Part shown: positions 26,546 through 39,120 of the stretch, one piece after another | How the letters are laid out: each line of letters opens with the position of its first letter | How positions within the stretch are numbered: position 1 is the first letter of the stretch | NCBI GenBank assembly: GCA_964016885.1 | Contig: OZ024742.1 | Coordinates: 233,616,001-233,680,000, forward strand | Length of the DNA: 64,000 bases | Origin: Eledone cirrhosa | Taxonomy: Eukaryota | Direction of reading: 5' to 3' | The notes under the pieces: model-generated | What the model saw: the letters and a program-made list of their open reading frames with translations, nothing else | Told to the model about the DNA's origin: nothing | Database searches by the model: none | Made by a program: the position numbers and the translations under genes

Positions 26546-28835
26546 AGTCTGTGTGTGTGTGTGTGTGTGAGAGAGAGTCTGTGTGTGTGTGTGAGTGTAT
26601 GTGTGTGTGTGTGTGCGTGTGTGTGAGTGTGAGTGTGTGTGTAGGTGTGCTATGTTCATTCCTTCACTTTCACACACACACACATATGCGTGCGAGCGTG
26701 TGTGTGTGTGTGTGTGTATGTGTGTGCTACGTTCATTCCCTTTCTCTTTCACACACACATATATATATATGTGTGTGTACGCGCGTGAGTGGTAGAGAGT
26801 GAAGGGGGAATGAACATAACAGACATATACACACATACAGACACACACACATATGTGAACACTTATAAGTGTTTGTATGTAAGTGTGTGCGTGTGTTTGT
26901 ATGTTTGTGTGTGTTTATGAATATGTTTGTGTGTGTTTATGTGTATGTTTGTGTGTGTGTTTATGAGTATGCTTGTGTGTGTTTATGTATGTATACTCAC
27001 TTGCGTGTAAACATTAGCATGTAAATACACATACACATACACACGCCTGCGTCCATACAAATACATGCAGAGATAGATAAAGGGGAAATGTTTCAAAAAC
27101 ACAAAATAGAAAGTGTAGAGGAAATAGAGACACATTAACAATAACATACATTCATAAACATATGCTCATACACTATCATGAATACATAATACATATACAT
27201 AAAAACGCTTTGTCACCTAATCCAACATTTAGTTTTATCTTTTGATCAGTTCGTTCAAATCTCACCGAGACTGGGATTAGTTGAGTAAACTGATCTAGAT
27301 CATGTTGCTACTGTTCATTTGAGTTGCCCAGCAACCATAACTCTTCACTCCATCTTCAAAGACAGAAGTCTGAATTTAACCGATTAATTCGCTGCCAGAA
27401 CATCTAATATGTCGAGAGAAAGGTATACAGATATCTAACTCTGGACATTATTTGTTTTAAGTACATTTTTCTCCGGCCGCTTTTGTCAGTTCAATACGTT
27501 TTTGGTTACATTGGTTTCAATTTACCTTAATCAAAACCAAGGGCATGCTGAACTATATAAAAAATATTTTCAAATATTCAGATTGGTAGGCTCAACTTGA
27601 AAATTTACAATTCACAATAGTAGATACACAGGTAGATACACAGGTAGAATATTAAAATGGGATTTAATATATGTTTATGTATTACATAAAATCTAAGATC
27701 ATCTTGAAATTTTTCAAAGAAATGATAGAAATTTAAATCATATAAACATCCATAACATACACTGTTGTATTATATGCTATTATAGAACAAATATCTCATT
27801 ATAAATTCTCTTTTTTCATTCTCATTTTTGTAGTATTATTTTCATAATACAGTATTCGCAAACAATAAGTATGCTGGTGATTCATGAGATGATATTGGCA
27901 GAAACAAAGGCAATGGAGTGGAAAAACACAGACAACTGTACGAACTTTAGTATTTAAATTTCTCTCTTTATGTTTCTAGTTTAGATTCTATCGCGGCCAA
28001 TTGTTTCCTTTTTTAAGTCCCTAAGGCAAACAAATGAAGATCCAGAATTGGAATTAATTAAACCGATTATATTCTTAAGTGAACATTATCAGTGAATGAG
28101 AAAGATTTACTATAGATCCTTAATACGTATAAATAATAGGGTCAGAGCATGAGACAATGTTCAAATCTATTCACGTACTATGAGCAAATCTCACTAAGGT
28201 GAATTTTGCTTTCATTTTTCAATAGGAAAATTTGGTATTTGAAATATAGTCGTTCGAAATGCAAATAACACTTAAGTTAACCGTATATTTATATTTCTTC
28301 CTGGAGGTTTAATATCACGGAGATTCGGTTGCTCGAAAACTCACATGCGCTCCTGTTCAATTGTTCTGCTTCCAGTGGGACTTTACGCATTTTTTTCTAA
28401 TATTATTTTAAATGGTCAACTATTACTATAGATATTTACATTTGGAAGGAGTACATTTTAAATGCCGAATTTTCACAATGCCTTCTAAGTCAAAGTTATG
28501 CCAAAAGTAGAATTGACAATCGCCACCAACGAATACAAGAAAGTTCTCCAGGAAAGGTAACCAGGAATCTTTAGAAATCTTCCCACCGAAGTTAACAAAG
28601 AACTTACTAGATCTACAAAACCAAATTGTAAAATTATATTATTATTTTTTTTTTTTTCCTCCTCCTTCAGTATTGTTTCCGTATTTTGCCGAGTGACTTC
28701 CTGGCTCCTAGGGCAAATAAACTCACTGTATACATTGGTAAACCAGTTAACACACCATATTGATTATATTTATACACACACACACACATACACACACACG
28801 CACACGCACACACACACACACCCACACACACACAC

Positions 28836-28875
<40 letters not shown>

Positions 28876-28995
28876 GATTAATGCGTAGAGATGTCCTTGA
28901 TCTCCAGCAACTGATGAAGGGAAATTATCCTCCGTTCGTGCTTTCCTTTTATTTTTAAATACACTTTATCCACAAACAACACAGCCCTTATTTCT

Positions 28996-29140
<145 letters not shown>

Positions 29141-29188
29141 TAATAAAAGATTGGAGGCCATATTCAGTTGATTCAGGTTTATTTAAAA

Positions 29189-29249
29189 CTACGTTATATA
29201 TATTTCATGGAGGACTATCAATTATGATAGCCTGAGCTCTTCAGACGGC
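29189..29249 (-). ncRNA. Hammerhead motif (imperfect stem I)
   Basis: Minus strand: gccgt CTGAAGA gctca ggctatca taat tgatagtc ctccat GAAA tatata TA / acgtag. Confidence 0.65.
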
Positions 29250-29467
29250 AACATTTAAAATAAACATAGAAAGTTCGTAAGAAACCTTTAAGTTTGAAAA
29301 GATCTAATAATTTTCCCGAAAAAAGATTTTCTTTTCGTGATACAGGGGCCGGCCAAACGCGTGGTGTTGTTTCTTCGACGGCAGGCGCTTGTATATGTAT
29401 GTATATATATATAGATCCTGCAGGATCTGCAAAGTCACCCTCCTCACCAAGAAACCTTATATATATA

Positions 29468-30332
29468 CGGGGTGTGTCAGAAAAGTTCCAGGACTGATGT
29501 CACAAAAGATTTATTTCAAACCCAAACTTCACACTAAGAGTTTTCTCCTTCAAAGTAATCCCCCTGGAGTCTAATGCACTTTTCCATCCTTTTCTGCCAC
29601 GCTTGCATGCACTCCTGGAAGGATTCTTCCGGGATCCTCCGCAGTTCCGTCGTCACGGCCTTTTTAATGTCGTCCACGTCTTCAAAACGGGTCCCCTCCG
29701 GGTCGTACTCAAAGATCCATGACTCATCACCGGTGATGACTGTCCCTAGCAAGTCTAGTTCGGTTTCAAGACGCCCGAGGATGTCCTGGCACACTTGCAT
29801 GCGTCGACCCTTCTGGTCATCGTTCAGCAGTTTTGGCACCATCTTCGCGAAGACTTTCCGCATGTCCAAATCTTCAGTGAGAATCTTCCAGACGCTGTCC
29901 CGATTCATGCCCAGCTCATTTGCCATCAGTTGAACAGTCAGCCGACGATCGCTACGCACCATCTGCCTGACGCGCTCAACGTTGACCTCAGTCCTGGTTG
30001 TTGAGGGCCTTCCGCTCCTGGGGTCATCTTGCACCACTCAAAAACATGTGAGCGTGACATCGTTTCATCTCCATACACTTGCTGCAGCAATCCCAGTGCT
30101 TCTGACGGAGTTTTCAAGTTTGTTCGTTGCTCTGTGCTCATTACTTGACGACCTGAAACAGAGGGCATGTATATAAAATTATGAAGAAAAAAGGTGGATC
30201 GCTGCAGAGAGCTAACATTACAGTTACATATTCCAGGGGGATTACTTTGAAGGGGAAAACTCTCAGTGTGAAGTTTGGGTTTGAAATAAATCTTTTGTGA
30301 CATCAGTCCTGGAACTTTTCTGACACACCTCG
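29468..30332 (-). mobile_element. Internally deleted mariner element with about 100-bp terminal inverted repeats, TA-flanked
   Basis: TA|cggggtgtgtcagaaaagttccaggactg...cagtcctggaacttttctgacacacctcg|TA. ORF has DDPRSGRPST, AKMVPKLL, ITGDESWIFEYDPE joined directly to GTRFEDV...GDYFEG. Confidence 0.93.
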
Positions 30333-30361
30333 TATATATATATATATAAATATATATCTGG

Positions 30362-30392
<31 letters not shown>

Positions 30393-30629
30393 CACGCACA
30401 CACACACACACATATATATATACATACACATATATATATATATATATAATATTTATGTTTACTGGAAGTTCGGGTTCGTAAACGATGATAAGGGAAATGT
30501 ATTTTGCCTCTTATAGCACGAAACTCTCATGAGTGAAGAGAAGGATAAAGAGACAGTCATGTACATCATATGTCTAGACCACGTTCCTAACTACAATAGC
30601 ATATCAAAAACATAAACATTACAACTTTA

Positions 30630-30702
30630 CACCTGTCTGATGAGAACACGTCAAAGCGTTATTACACAATCACTTTGGCGTCGTCGAAATACATATAACG
30701 TG
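30630..30702 (+). ncRNA. Degenerate hammerhead motif
   Basis: cacctgt CTGATGA gaacacgtcaaagcg...cactttggcgtcgtc GAAA tacata TA / acgtg; stem I is damaged. Confidence 0.5.
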
Positions 30703-31102
30703 ATAATACAATAAATAGACGATGTACAATTAAAACCGTCTTTCTTCTTTATAATATTGATTTCTTTATTAGCCACAAGGGCGCAACAAGAAAGGGGACA
30801 ATATTGACAATCCGTTTGATATCTTATTGATAATACTTCAGGAACCCTAGTCGTAGGGTGCTTTACGTCTGTTTACGACTACAGTCGATTGATTATTTGA
30901 TCAACCAACGTTTCTTTACTTGAATAATATATGTATTGCTATGGTAACACTGATAATTAAGTACAGGTAGTCCTGTAGAAGCCATTTCTATATTAAATTT
31001 GTTGTATACACTCTACTAATGTATTGAGTACCCTTACTTATTGTGGTTACCCCCGAATGAGCCCGGGACTTACATCTCTCTCTCTATATATATATATATA
31101 TA

Positions 31103-31325
31103 TAAGAAAATGTTTAACCCCGACGGCAGAGCTCAAGCCATTTAGACGGCTATTTCTGGACTAAATTAGAAAAAATTCTAATTTAGTCCAGAAATAGCCG
31201 TCGAGACGGCTTGAGCTCTGTCGTCGGGGTTAAACATTTTCCTATTACCCACTCTACTACCCTAAGTATTGAGTACTCTGGTGGGTTATGGTCCATCTGG
31301 TTCCTTACCACACTTCCTTCGTTAT
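31103..31325 (+). mobile_element. Family B fold-back element between (TA)n tracts
   Basis: Hairpin about 31103-31244 plus the same tail as 3451-3530. Confidence 0.8.
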
Positions 31326-31390
31326 ATATATATGAAATAATTAAGTCAAATATGTAAAATTTGGCTTCGTTTATTATCAATTATAGATAT

Positions 31391-31445
31391 ACTGCTATAT
31401 ATATTTCGGTGACAGCCATCATTCGCTGTGACCTCTTCAGGCAGT
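31391..31445 (-). ncRNA. Minimal type I hammerhead ribozyme motif, canonical core
   Basis: Minus strand: actgc CTGAAGA ggt c acagc gaatgatg gctgt c acc GAAA tatata TA / gcagt. Stem I actgc:gcagt, stem II closed by G-C, palindromic stem III loop. Confidence 0.85.
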
Positions 31446-31672
31446 CTGAATTGGTGTGGTAGAGACAGGTACACATGTTGTTGAAGTGTGTTTTACTCCG
31501 TCAATACTCCGTTATGTCCAGCTGCTGGTTGCGTTGTTATTTCTCTGAGGAACTGGAATCATATGAATTAGAACAAACGAATTTCGGCGTCATAGGATAC
31601 TCTCTCATCCCATTGGTCAGTTGTGAGAACATTCCTCAGTCAAAAGGTGTCGGTAAACAACCAACATATACT

Positions 31673-31777
<105 letters not shown>

Positions 31778-32299
31778 GGGGGGGTGTATGTATGCATGTA
31801 TATATATATAGCAGAAAGTTTTAGTTTGCTTGAAGCATTGTGTATGGTATAGAAAAATGTGAAGTTTGGAGGCCACGACAATGAGAAATGGATGAATAAG
31901 AAAATAAGATGAACCAAGATGTTGTGTGTTACCCTATTCATTTATTTGTCCTGGTATTTCGAGATAAATAGAGGAATATAACAAGTGACCAGTCCAGGTT
32001 CGATAAATGCACTATGTCATGCTGTCGGAAGTGATGGACATAGATGAGAGAGAAGGGCAAGGGGGCATAGGGATCTACCTCTCTTTTAAAATAACAGGAC
32101 AGATAAATAAATAAGGTAACACATAAAATGGGACCACGAGGCGGAGGCTAAGTTAGTTGGAAATAGAGGATACTTGTTCGAACGTCACACATATACACAC
32201 ATACACAAAATAGATAAAAAGAAAGACACAATATTTGCACAATATTTAAATGTGTCTTCTTTTCTATTAATGTTAATCTTATAACTATTGTTACTTCAT

Positions 32300-33305
32300 G
32301 CTTTGAAGCATAGAGTTACGCCCCTTTACGGTCTGAGTTCAAATCCCGCCGAGGTTAACTTTACCTTTCATCCTTAAGAGGTCGATAAAATAAAGTACCA
32401 GTAATACACTAGGTAATTGCTGGCCTTGTGCCAAAAGTAGAAACAATTATTAAACTTACAAGGGGCGGTGGATTGGCGGTATCAATAGAGGGTCAGACGC
32501 CATTCTTTGCAGCATAGAGTTACGGCCCTTTATGATCTGAGTTCAAATCCCGCCGCGAGGTTAACTTTGCCTTACGGGGTCAATAAAATAAAGTACCAGT
32601 AATACACTGGGTAAGAGCTGGCCTTGTGCCAAAAGTAGGAACAATTACTTTAGTGTGTTGTATATGAGCATTAGTATGTATTAGACACGCAAAATATATT
32701 TTAGTCACTACACATTATATTTTTACTAACAGAAAAACCACCCTTCGGGGGGTTTTCTGCTAGCATGTGTAGTGTGTATATTGATATTATACGCAGGTAT
32801 ATATACATGTAGATATGATACATCAAATAAAATCGTAATTGACAATATATTATTGTTTCTACTTTTGGCACAAGGCCAGCAATTATCCCAGGGTATTACT
32901 GGTACTTCATTTTATCGAGCCCGTAAGGATGAAAGGCAAAGTTAACCTCGGCGGGATTTGAACTCAGATCATAAAGGGCCGTAACTCTTTGCTGCAAAGC
33001 ATGGCGCCCGACTCTCTACGGATACTGCCAATCCACCGACAATATATAATACATAGAAATTGAACGAAGACTGTGTTACACTGTTTTATTTAATCAGTAA
33101 AGTAATCCATGATACATTAAAAAAAAGACGATATTTTGGCAGTATCAGTAGAGGGTCAGATGCCATGCTTTCCAGCGTAGTTACGTCCCTTTACGATCTG
33201 ACTTCAAATCCCGCCGAGGTTAACTTTGCCTTTCATCCTTACGGGGTCGATAAAATAATGTACTGGGTAATTGCTGGCCATGTGCCAAAAGTAGAAACAA
33301 TTATT
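32300..33305. mobile_element. Cluster of four major-family SINEs: 32300-32451 (+), 32462-32648 (+), 32850-33038 (-), 33137-33305 (+)
   Basis: Each has gttcaaatcccgccg...aggttaactttrcc...tgctggccttgtgccaaaagtagaaacaatta or its reverse complement. Confidence 0.9.
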
Positions 33306-33740
33306 TATCCAACTTATTTTACTAATGGGATAACAAATTATAAACTGTACGCAGTCCCGTGCTCCTTACTTTATTATTGTTTAGATTACTAATACATTTT
33401 TAATTGCGTTTTCGGAACTGGGATGTTCGGATATGTGGTTGGTCAATAATTATATTATTTATTTTGTTTGATAGATTCTGAAGAAATCAATAAGGCAGAG
33501 ATGTATTTTCCTGTTGTATTGATTAAATAATTTAATGAATTTAACTCTGGTAATTTTTATTCATTTTATATATATATATATATATATAAATGAAAGGTAT
33601 AGAAAGTATTGTAGCAAGAAGCCAACAGTATTCCATAATATATATATATATATAAAATTGAGATAAGCGGAGCAAGTAAAATTCAAACAATTTCTTAAAA
33701 TAAATTAAAAAATATAATTTAAATATTTACCTAATCCATT

Positions 33741-33822
33741 TGCTTTTACCGACGGTTTCGCCTTACAAAAGATTGGAGATCCTAGGGATCTCCAATAGAA
33801 AAGTTCGGATCATCAGAGAGCA
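33741..33822 (-). ncRNA. Hammerhead motif with long stem II
   Basis: Minus strand: tgctct CTGATGA tcc...attggagatcc cta ggatctccaat...ggc GAAA ccgtcgg TA / aaagca. Confidence 0.7.
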
Positions 33823-33933
33823 TGTTCCTTTCCTTTCCAAAATATATTGCCACCTGCCAGATAGCACAGGCTGTAAACTTGACCTATGCATGAACCAGCC
33901 CTTAGTAGAAGCAGGAAGTAAACATAGACGTGT

Positions 33934-34015
<82 letters not shown>

Positions 34016-34077
34016 TATATAATGGTTGCATTCTTTAAGGGTATGTCAATATTTATTTATAAAACTGCTCTATATTA

Positions 34078-34142
34078 TATTTTATCTGATGAAAGCACAC
34101 CATAATTTAACTTGGTGTCCTTGAAATATGTATAATGAAATA
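34078..34142 (+). ncRNA. Minimal type I hammerhead ribozyme motif
   Basis: tattttat CTGATGA aagcacacca taatttaact tggtgtcctt GAAA tatgta TA / atgaaata. Stem I 8 bp with one G-U, stem II 9 of 10 pairs. Confidence 0.8.
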
Positions 34143-34269
34143 AATATGGTTTTATAAATATAGTTTCCATTTGTTAATATCGTATTTTTACTCCAATTAT
34201 TTGTTGAGTGCTTTATATCAGTTATAAAAATATTTGCTTGTTGTATCCCAACAATTTAAATAGAACTTT

Positions 34270-34355
<86 letters not shown>

Positions 34356-34392
34356 TATATATATATATGTGTGTGTGTAGAGAGAGAGAGAG

Positions 34393-34435
<43 letters not shown>

Positions 34436-35494
34436 ATGTGTGTATGTGCTGGCACGTAGCCTAGTGGTAAGGGTGTTGAACTTACGATAATAGTGTCGTG
34501 AGTTCGATTCCTGGAGTGCTTGAGCAAACCACTTCCTTTCATGTTGCTCTTCATTTCACTTCAAAACACTTCATTTCACGTTGCTCAGCTCGGGGTTTAA
34601 CTCTGCGATGGACTGGCGAGATACCTGACGAGGCTCATGGCTTGCGACAAACTTTATACATATATGTGAGTGTGTGTGTGTCTGTGTATGTATATATATT
34701 TATATTTATAATATACGTATATGTATATATATATATATACTATAAAGTATGTCCATAGAATCATTTGATAATATATATACACCATTTCCTCTCCCAATTA
34801 GCATAATCAACCACACAAAAAAACAATTAAACCAGGCTATAAGATTAAAAGGCACCTATGAAGAAATAGTGGATAAATAAACGACAGCCATCTATTCGCG
34901 GTCAACCGCTATAGAATATTACCCAACATTTCAATAGGACGTGGAAATCGATTAAATATATCGTCAACCATACACAATTAGGTATCAAATTAAAGTTAGA
35001 AGAGAAAATGCATATACACATACCAGGATTACGTTTCTACCCTTAGGGTTTCGTTCGCTTTCGGAAATATCCTATCAAGGATAAATTCTCGAGCTTCGAA
35101 CTCGTCAGGAAACAAACTCACTTGGACAAAGAATTTTCCTAAATGATCCCCGCCTGAAACGAATTCAAAATGGCTAAGAACTGTGACGTGGCAGAAAGAA
35201 TGTGATTGGTGCCTACGGCGAGTAGGCTGGTTGCTAGAAAGCGCAGCCCAATATTACCAAAATTGCATCTCAACCTTATGGGAGATTAACAAATATAAAG
35301 ATTTACATATACACAAACTAGACGAAGTCACAGATATATATGTTTTGGCAAGCATTCACGATGTTGCTCAATGATGAATTAATAAATTAAATAATCAGAG
35401 CAATATACTATAAAGTATGTCCATAGAATCATTTATATATATATACAATTCAATGATATTAAATAAATGGAAACTATATTTATAAAACCATATT

Positions 35495-35556
35495 TATTCT
35501 GTTATATATATTTCAAGGGTACCAAAAATGTTGGTACTCTCTCATCAGATAAAATA
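35495..35556 (-). ncRNA. Minimal hammerhead motif, diverged paralogue of 34078-34142
   Basis: Minus strand: tattttat CTGATGA gagagtacca acatttt tggtaccctt GAAA tatata TA / acagaata. Confidence 0.75.
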
Positions 35557-36417
35557 CGAAGTGTGTTTTATAAATATTGATATAACCAAGGATAATATAC
35601 CTTAACGGTTCAAGTTTTTTCCTGGATAGTAAAGGAAAGAAAGGAAAGAGAAGAAAAGTCAAATATTTCAAATTATTAAGATGAGTGTGCAAATGAGGTT
35701 GAGGTATAGGGCTGTAAAACCGTTATTTTTAGACGCTATGTAGATTTAAATAATTATTAGGATATGTGTATGTATGTGTAGGAGGAAGAAAGAGAAAGAA
35801 AGAAGAGCTTGTATTTACGTTAATTTAAAAAGAATTAACAGTTTGTAGGAATGGTGGAATATGATTCCAGAATTTAAAAATTATTTAGCTATATTATATA
35901 TATTGTATATATAATCAATTAGATTATATGAAGAATTATGGTTGTAAGTACATTTTATCTTATTACATTACAATAGGTTGTAAGTATATAAATATCTATA
36001 TAGATTAATAATTATGCAAGTATAAATATTATATATATATATATATATATATAACCTGGGCATGGTCAACTAAGCTTGCTTGGTGAGGAGGGGCATTTTG
36101 GACAACCCGTCAAGAGGCGGAGGAACTCAGGAAAGTCAACGGCCATCCAATAAAGTTTTTTTTTCTTTTTTGTGAGAGACTGTTAGTTTTCATTAAGAGA
36201 TATCTCTAGGAGAAGGTCACTCTGATATAAACGCTGCGACCTTGTTTGCATCCAATGATGTTGACCATTTCTTCTTTTGGGGCAAATACTTTCGATGTTC
36301 AGAGAGTGGGATCGCTTGATATGTGAAATGTTTGCCCCTTTCTTAAACACTCTTTAAACAACCCAACACCACTCCCAATCAATTATCTTGCTGTTACCAT
36401 TCACTATTTTCTGTGTT

Positions 36418-36458
<41 letters not shown>

Positions 36459-36467
36459 ATGTTTGTA

Positions 36468-36531
<64 letters not shown>

Positions 36532-36769
36532 CTTTAATTCCTTTAAATATTCATCAACACTCCTTCACTCCCACACTCATTAACACCACCCACCCGCCCC
36601 CAAGACATACCCAAATCTCTCTTATATATAGAGTCACATATCATAACCTGATCTCAGTTTGACAATCGCCAACGGCGAATGCGAGAAAGTTCTCCAAGAA
36701 AGTTAGCCAGGAATCTTTCAAAATCTTCCCACCGAAGTTAACAAAGAACTTCCTAGATCTACCAAATCA

Positions 36770-37420
36770 TCTATATATATAAAACTGAGGATGTCTGTCT
36801 GTCTGTGTGTGTGTCTGTGAGTTTAAATCCCTAAAACACGAGAAGTACCCAACCGATTTTTTTCAAACTTAACATGTGTATTACTTATGTTTCAGGGAGT
36901 GTTATGCACATAAAATTCAACTTTTTGATACCCTAGGGCCCGCATTAGGTGAAAAATGTTTTGGTTTTTTTTCAGATTTTGGGGGGTTTTTTGAGGCGTT
37001 ACGTCAGACCGATTTCCTTGAAATTATAACTATGTATTAGTCATTCTCTTCTTCATACCGCCACAAAAGAAAATCCAACTTTTTTATATTGCCTAGGGCC
37101 CGCATTAGGTGAAATTCTTCATTTTTCAACTTTTTAGTGCTTTTTTGAGGCGTTACGTGTAGCCGATTTTCCTGAAATTTCAAGGCATATTATGCACATA
37201 AAAAAAATTCATTTTCTTGATCCCCTAGGGCCAGCTTTAGGTGAAAACCTGCATTTTTCCTACTTCATCGAGGAAAATCTTAAAGATTATCCAGCCATCA
37301 GAGTATTCGGTTTATTTTCTTTACATATTGTCCAGGCATGCAGTTTTTCCACGATTAGGTCTGTTGGCGACCCGCGTTCCAAAATACCTTATCCCGTGCA
37401 ACGCCGGGTACCACTGCTAG
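36770..37420 (+). mobile_element. Non-autonomous Helitron
   Basis: A|TCtatatatataaaactg start, (GTCT)n near the 5' end, 3' hairpin cccgtgcaacgccggg then CTAG|T; inserted at an AT dinucleotide with no TSD; three internal ctagggcc...taggtgaaa subrepeats. Confidence 0.88.
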
Positions 37421-37506
37421 TAATATTATAAAATTAAATCAAATTGTTTAGAACAAGTGAAGTTATTCTTTTCCTTTTTTCAAATATATATATATGTATA
37501 TATATA

Positions 37507-37821
37507 CGAGGTGTGTCAGAAAAGTAACATGACTTAGTGTGCTGTATAAGCTATGGGTGAGGTGTTGCGTCACAGTGTGACGTAATATCCGGGGAGTATG
37601 TAACGGCGATCGCAGATCTCTGCAGACATTGTATGTTTTTTCACGTACTTTTGTGAATAGCTTCTCAATTTTAGGAGAATCCAGGGAGAATCCTTCCAAG
37701 AGTGTATGGAGGCGTGGCGGAGAAAGATGGGGGTGTGCATTAGTCCTGAGGTGGGTTATTTCGTTTGGATTTGAAATATATTTTTGCAACCCCAGTCCTG
37801 TTTCTTTTCTGACACACCTCG
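37507..37821 (+). mobile_element. Mariner-derived MITE related to 29468-30332
   Basis: TIRs cgaggtgtgtcagaaaag / cttttctgacacacctcg; retains the C-terminal ESFQECMEAWRRKM fragment. Confidence 0.85.
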
Positions 37822-38449
37822 CATGTATATATATATATATATATACCTCCAGCTATTGCTGGTACTCATTTTCAGCTGTGTATACTGTAGCAACGTGAAA
37901 TGAAGTGTTTTGCTCAAGAACACAACACGCAACCCAGGAATCGAGCCCACGACATTATGATCGTAAGTCCAACACCCTTACCACTAAGCCACGTGCCTCC
38001 ACCACACACTACAACACACATATTTCATGTGTGTTTTGTGAGCATGGTTGACCGTAACCAAAATAAGCTCTTTTATTTTTCGCTACCACTAAAATGTACG
38101 TACATATGGGAGTGAAGGACCTCTATACTTTGTCAGGGCATTCTTCTAGGAGAAGGCAACTCAGGAAACTGGGATAACTCCGATATAAAACCTGCGGCTC
38201 AGCAGTTACCGATGATGTTGATCTTTTCTTCTTTTCGGGTTATAGCTACTGTCGCCCAGAGAGTGGGATTGGCTCAGTGCACATTCTTTTCTCACTTTAA
38301 AAAAAATCTTCACGCACAAGCATTGCACGATAGAATTAATTGATAATTATTAATAATGTCATATCGTGCAATGGCCATACTCGATATCGAGGGTACAGCC
38401 ATCATTTGTGTGTGTATCTGTGTGCATATATCCGAAAATCAACAATTAT

Positions 38450-39120
38450 TTAAATATTGTATTACACTTTAATCCTCGCCAGTTTCTTACTGAAACAGTA
38501 ATACCATTAATTCTGAGGTCACTGTCTAACTTTCTTTATATATATAACCCTTCAATTTTTCTTTGCACGACGGTATATAGATCTTTGCCTGATCTTTGTA
38601 TTTGTGGAATAATATTCTGTATTAATCAAACCTTCCCGTTATAGATATGTCTAAATACCTTTGCATCAGTACTTAATATCAACGGATGTTTATACCTCGT
38701 AGAAAACTGATTATTGCCATATTACATCTTCATTCATAACCCTGACACCTTCCACGCATCTATCATAAACTGGGATTTCAATTATTGTTTCTTATTCTTA
38801 TCGCTATTATTCTGAATAACCTCGTCCCGATTCTAATTCACTTCGTGTATCCTCTAGATGCCTTCAGTGCCAAATTTCTTCCTCGCTTTAAATTATCAAT
38901 TCAAGGGGCTCAATATCCTTACCAGTTAACGCTCTCAAATAATACAGATCTCAATCGGATCTCTTCCCAGCAAGTTCGTTAATGTCATTTATTAAATCGA
39001 TTTGGAATCAAATGTTAGAGGATCTTTTGTTATGAAATATGTAGTGAAGCGCCTATAATCTTAGCCTCTCTAGATCCCGTAATTATGTAACTGTTCTCTT
39101 ATGTCTGACTTAATAATTAT
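38450..39120 (-). pseudogene. Possible very degraded L1/Tx1-like ORF2 fragment
   Basis: Minus strand about 38600-38690 reads PLILSTDAKVFRHIYNGKV*LIQNIIPQIQ, reminiscent of PISLLNTDxKI...RL...II...Q; weak. Confidence 0.3.

Noticed and set aside
31886-31900. tggatgaa as a possible Xlox hexapeptide (WM) exon
   Set aside because: Reads KWMNK rather than FPWMK, with no suitable upstream frame or donor site.
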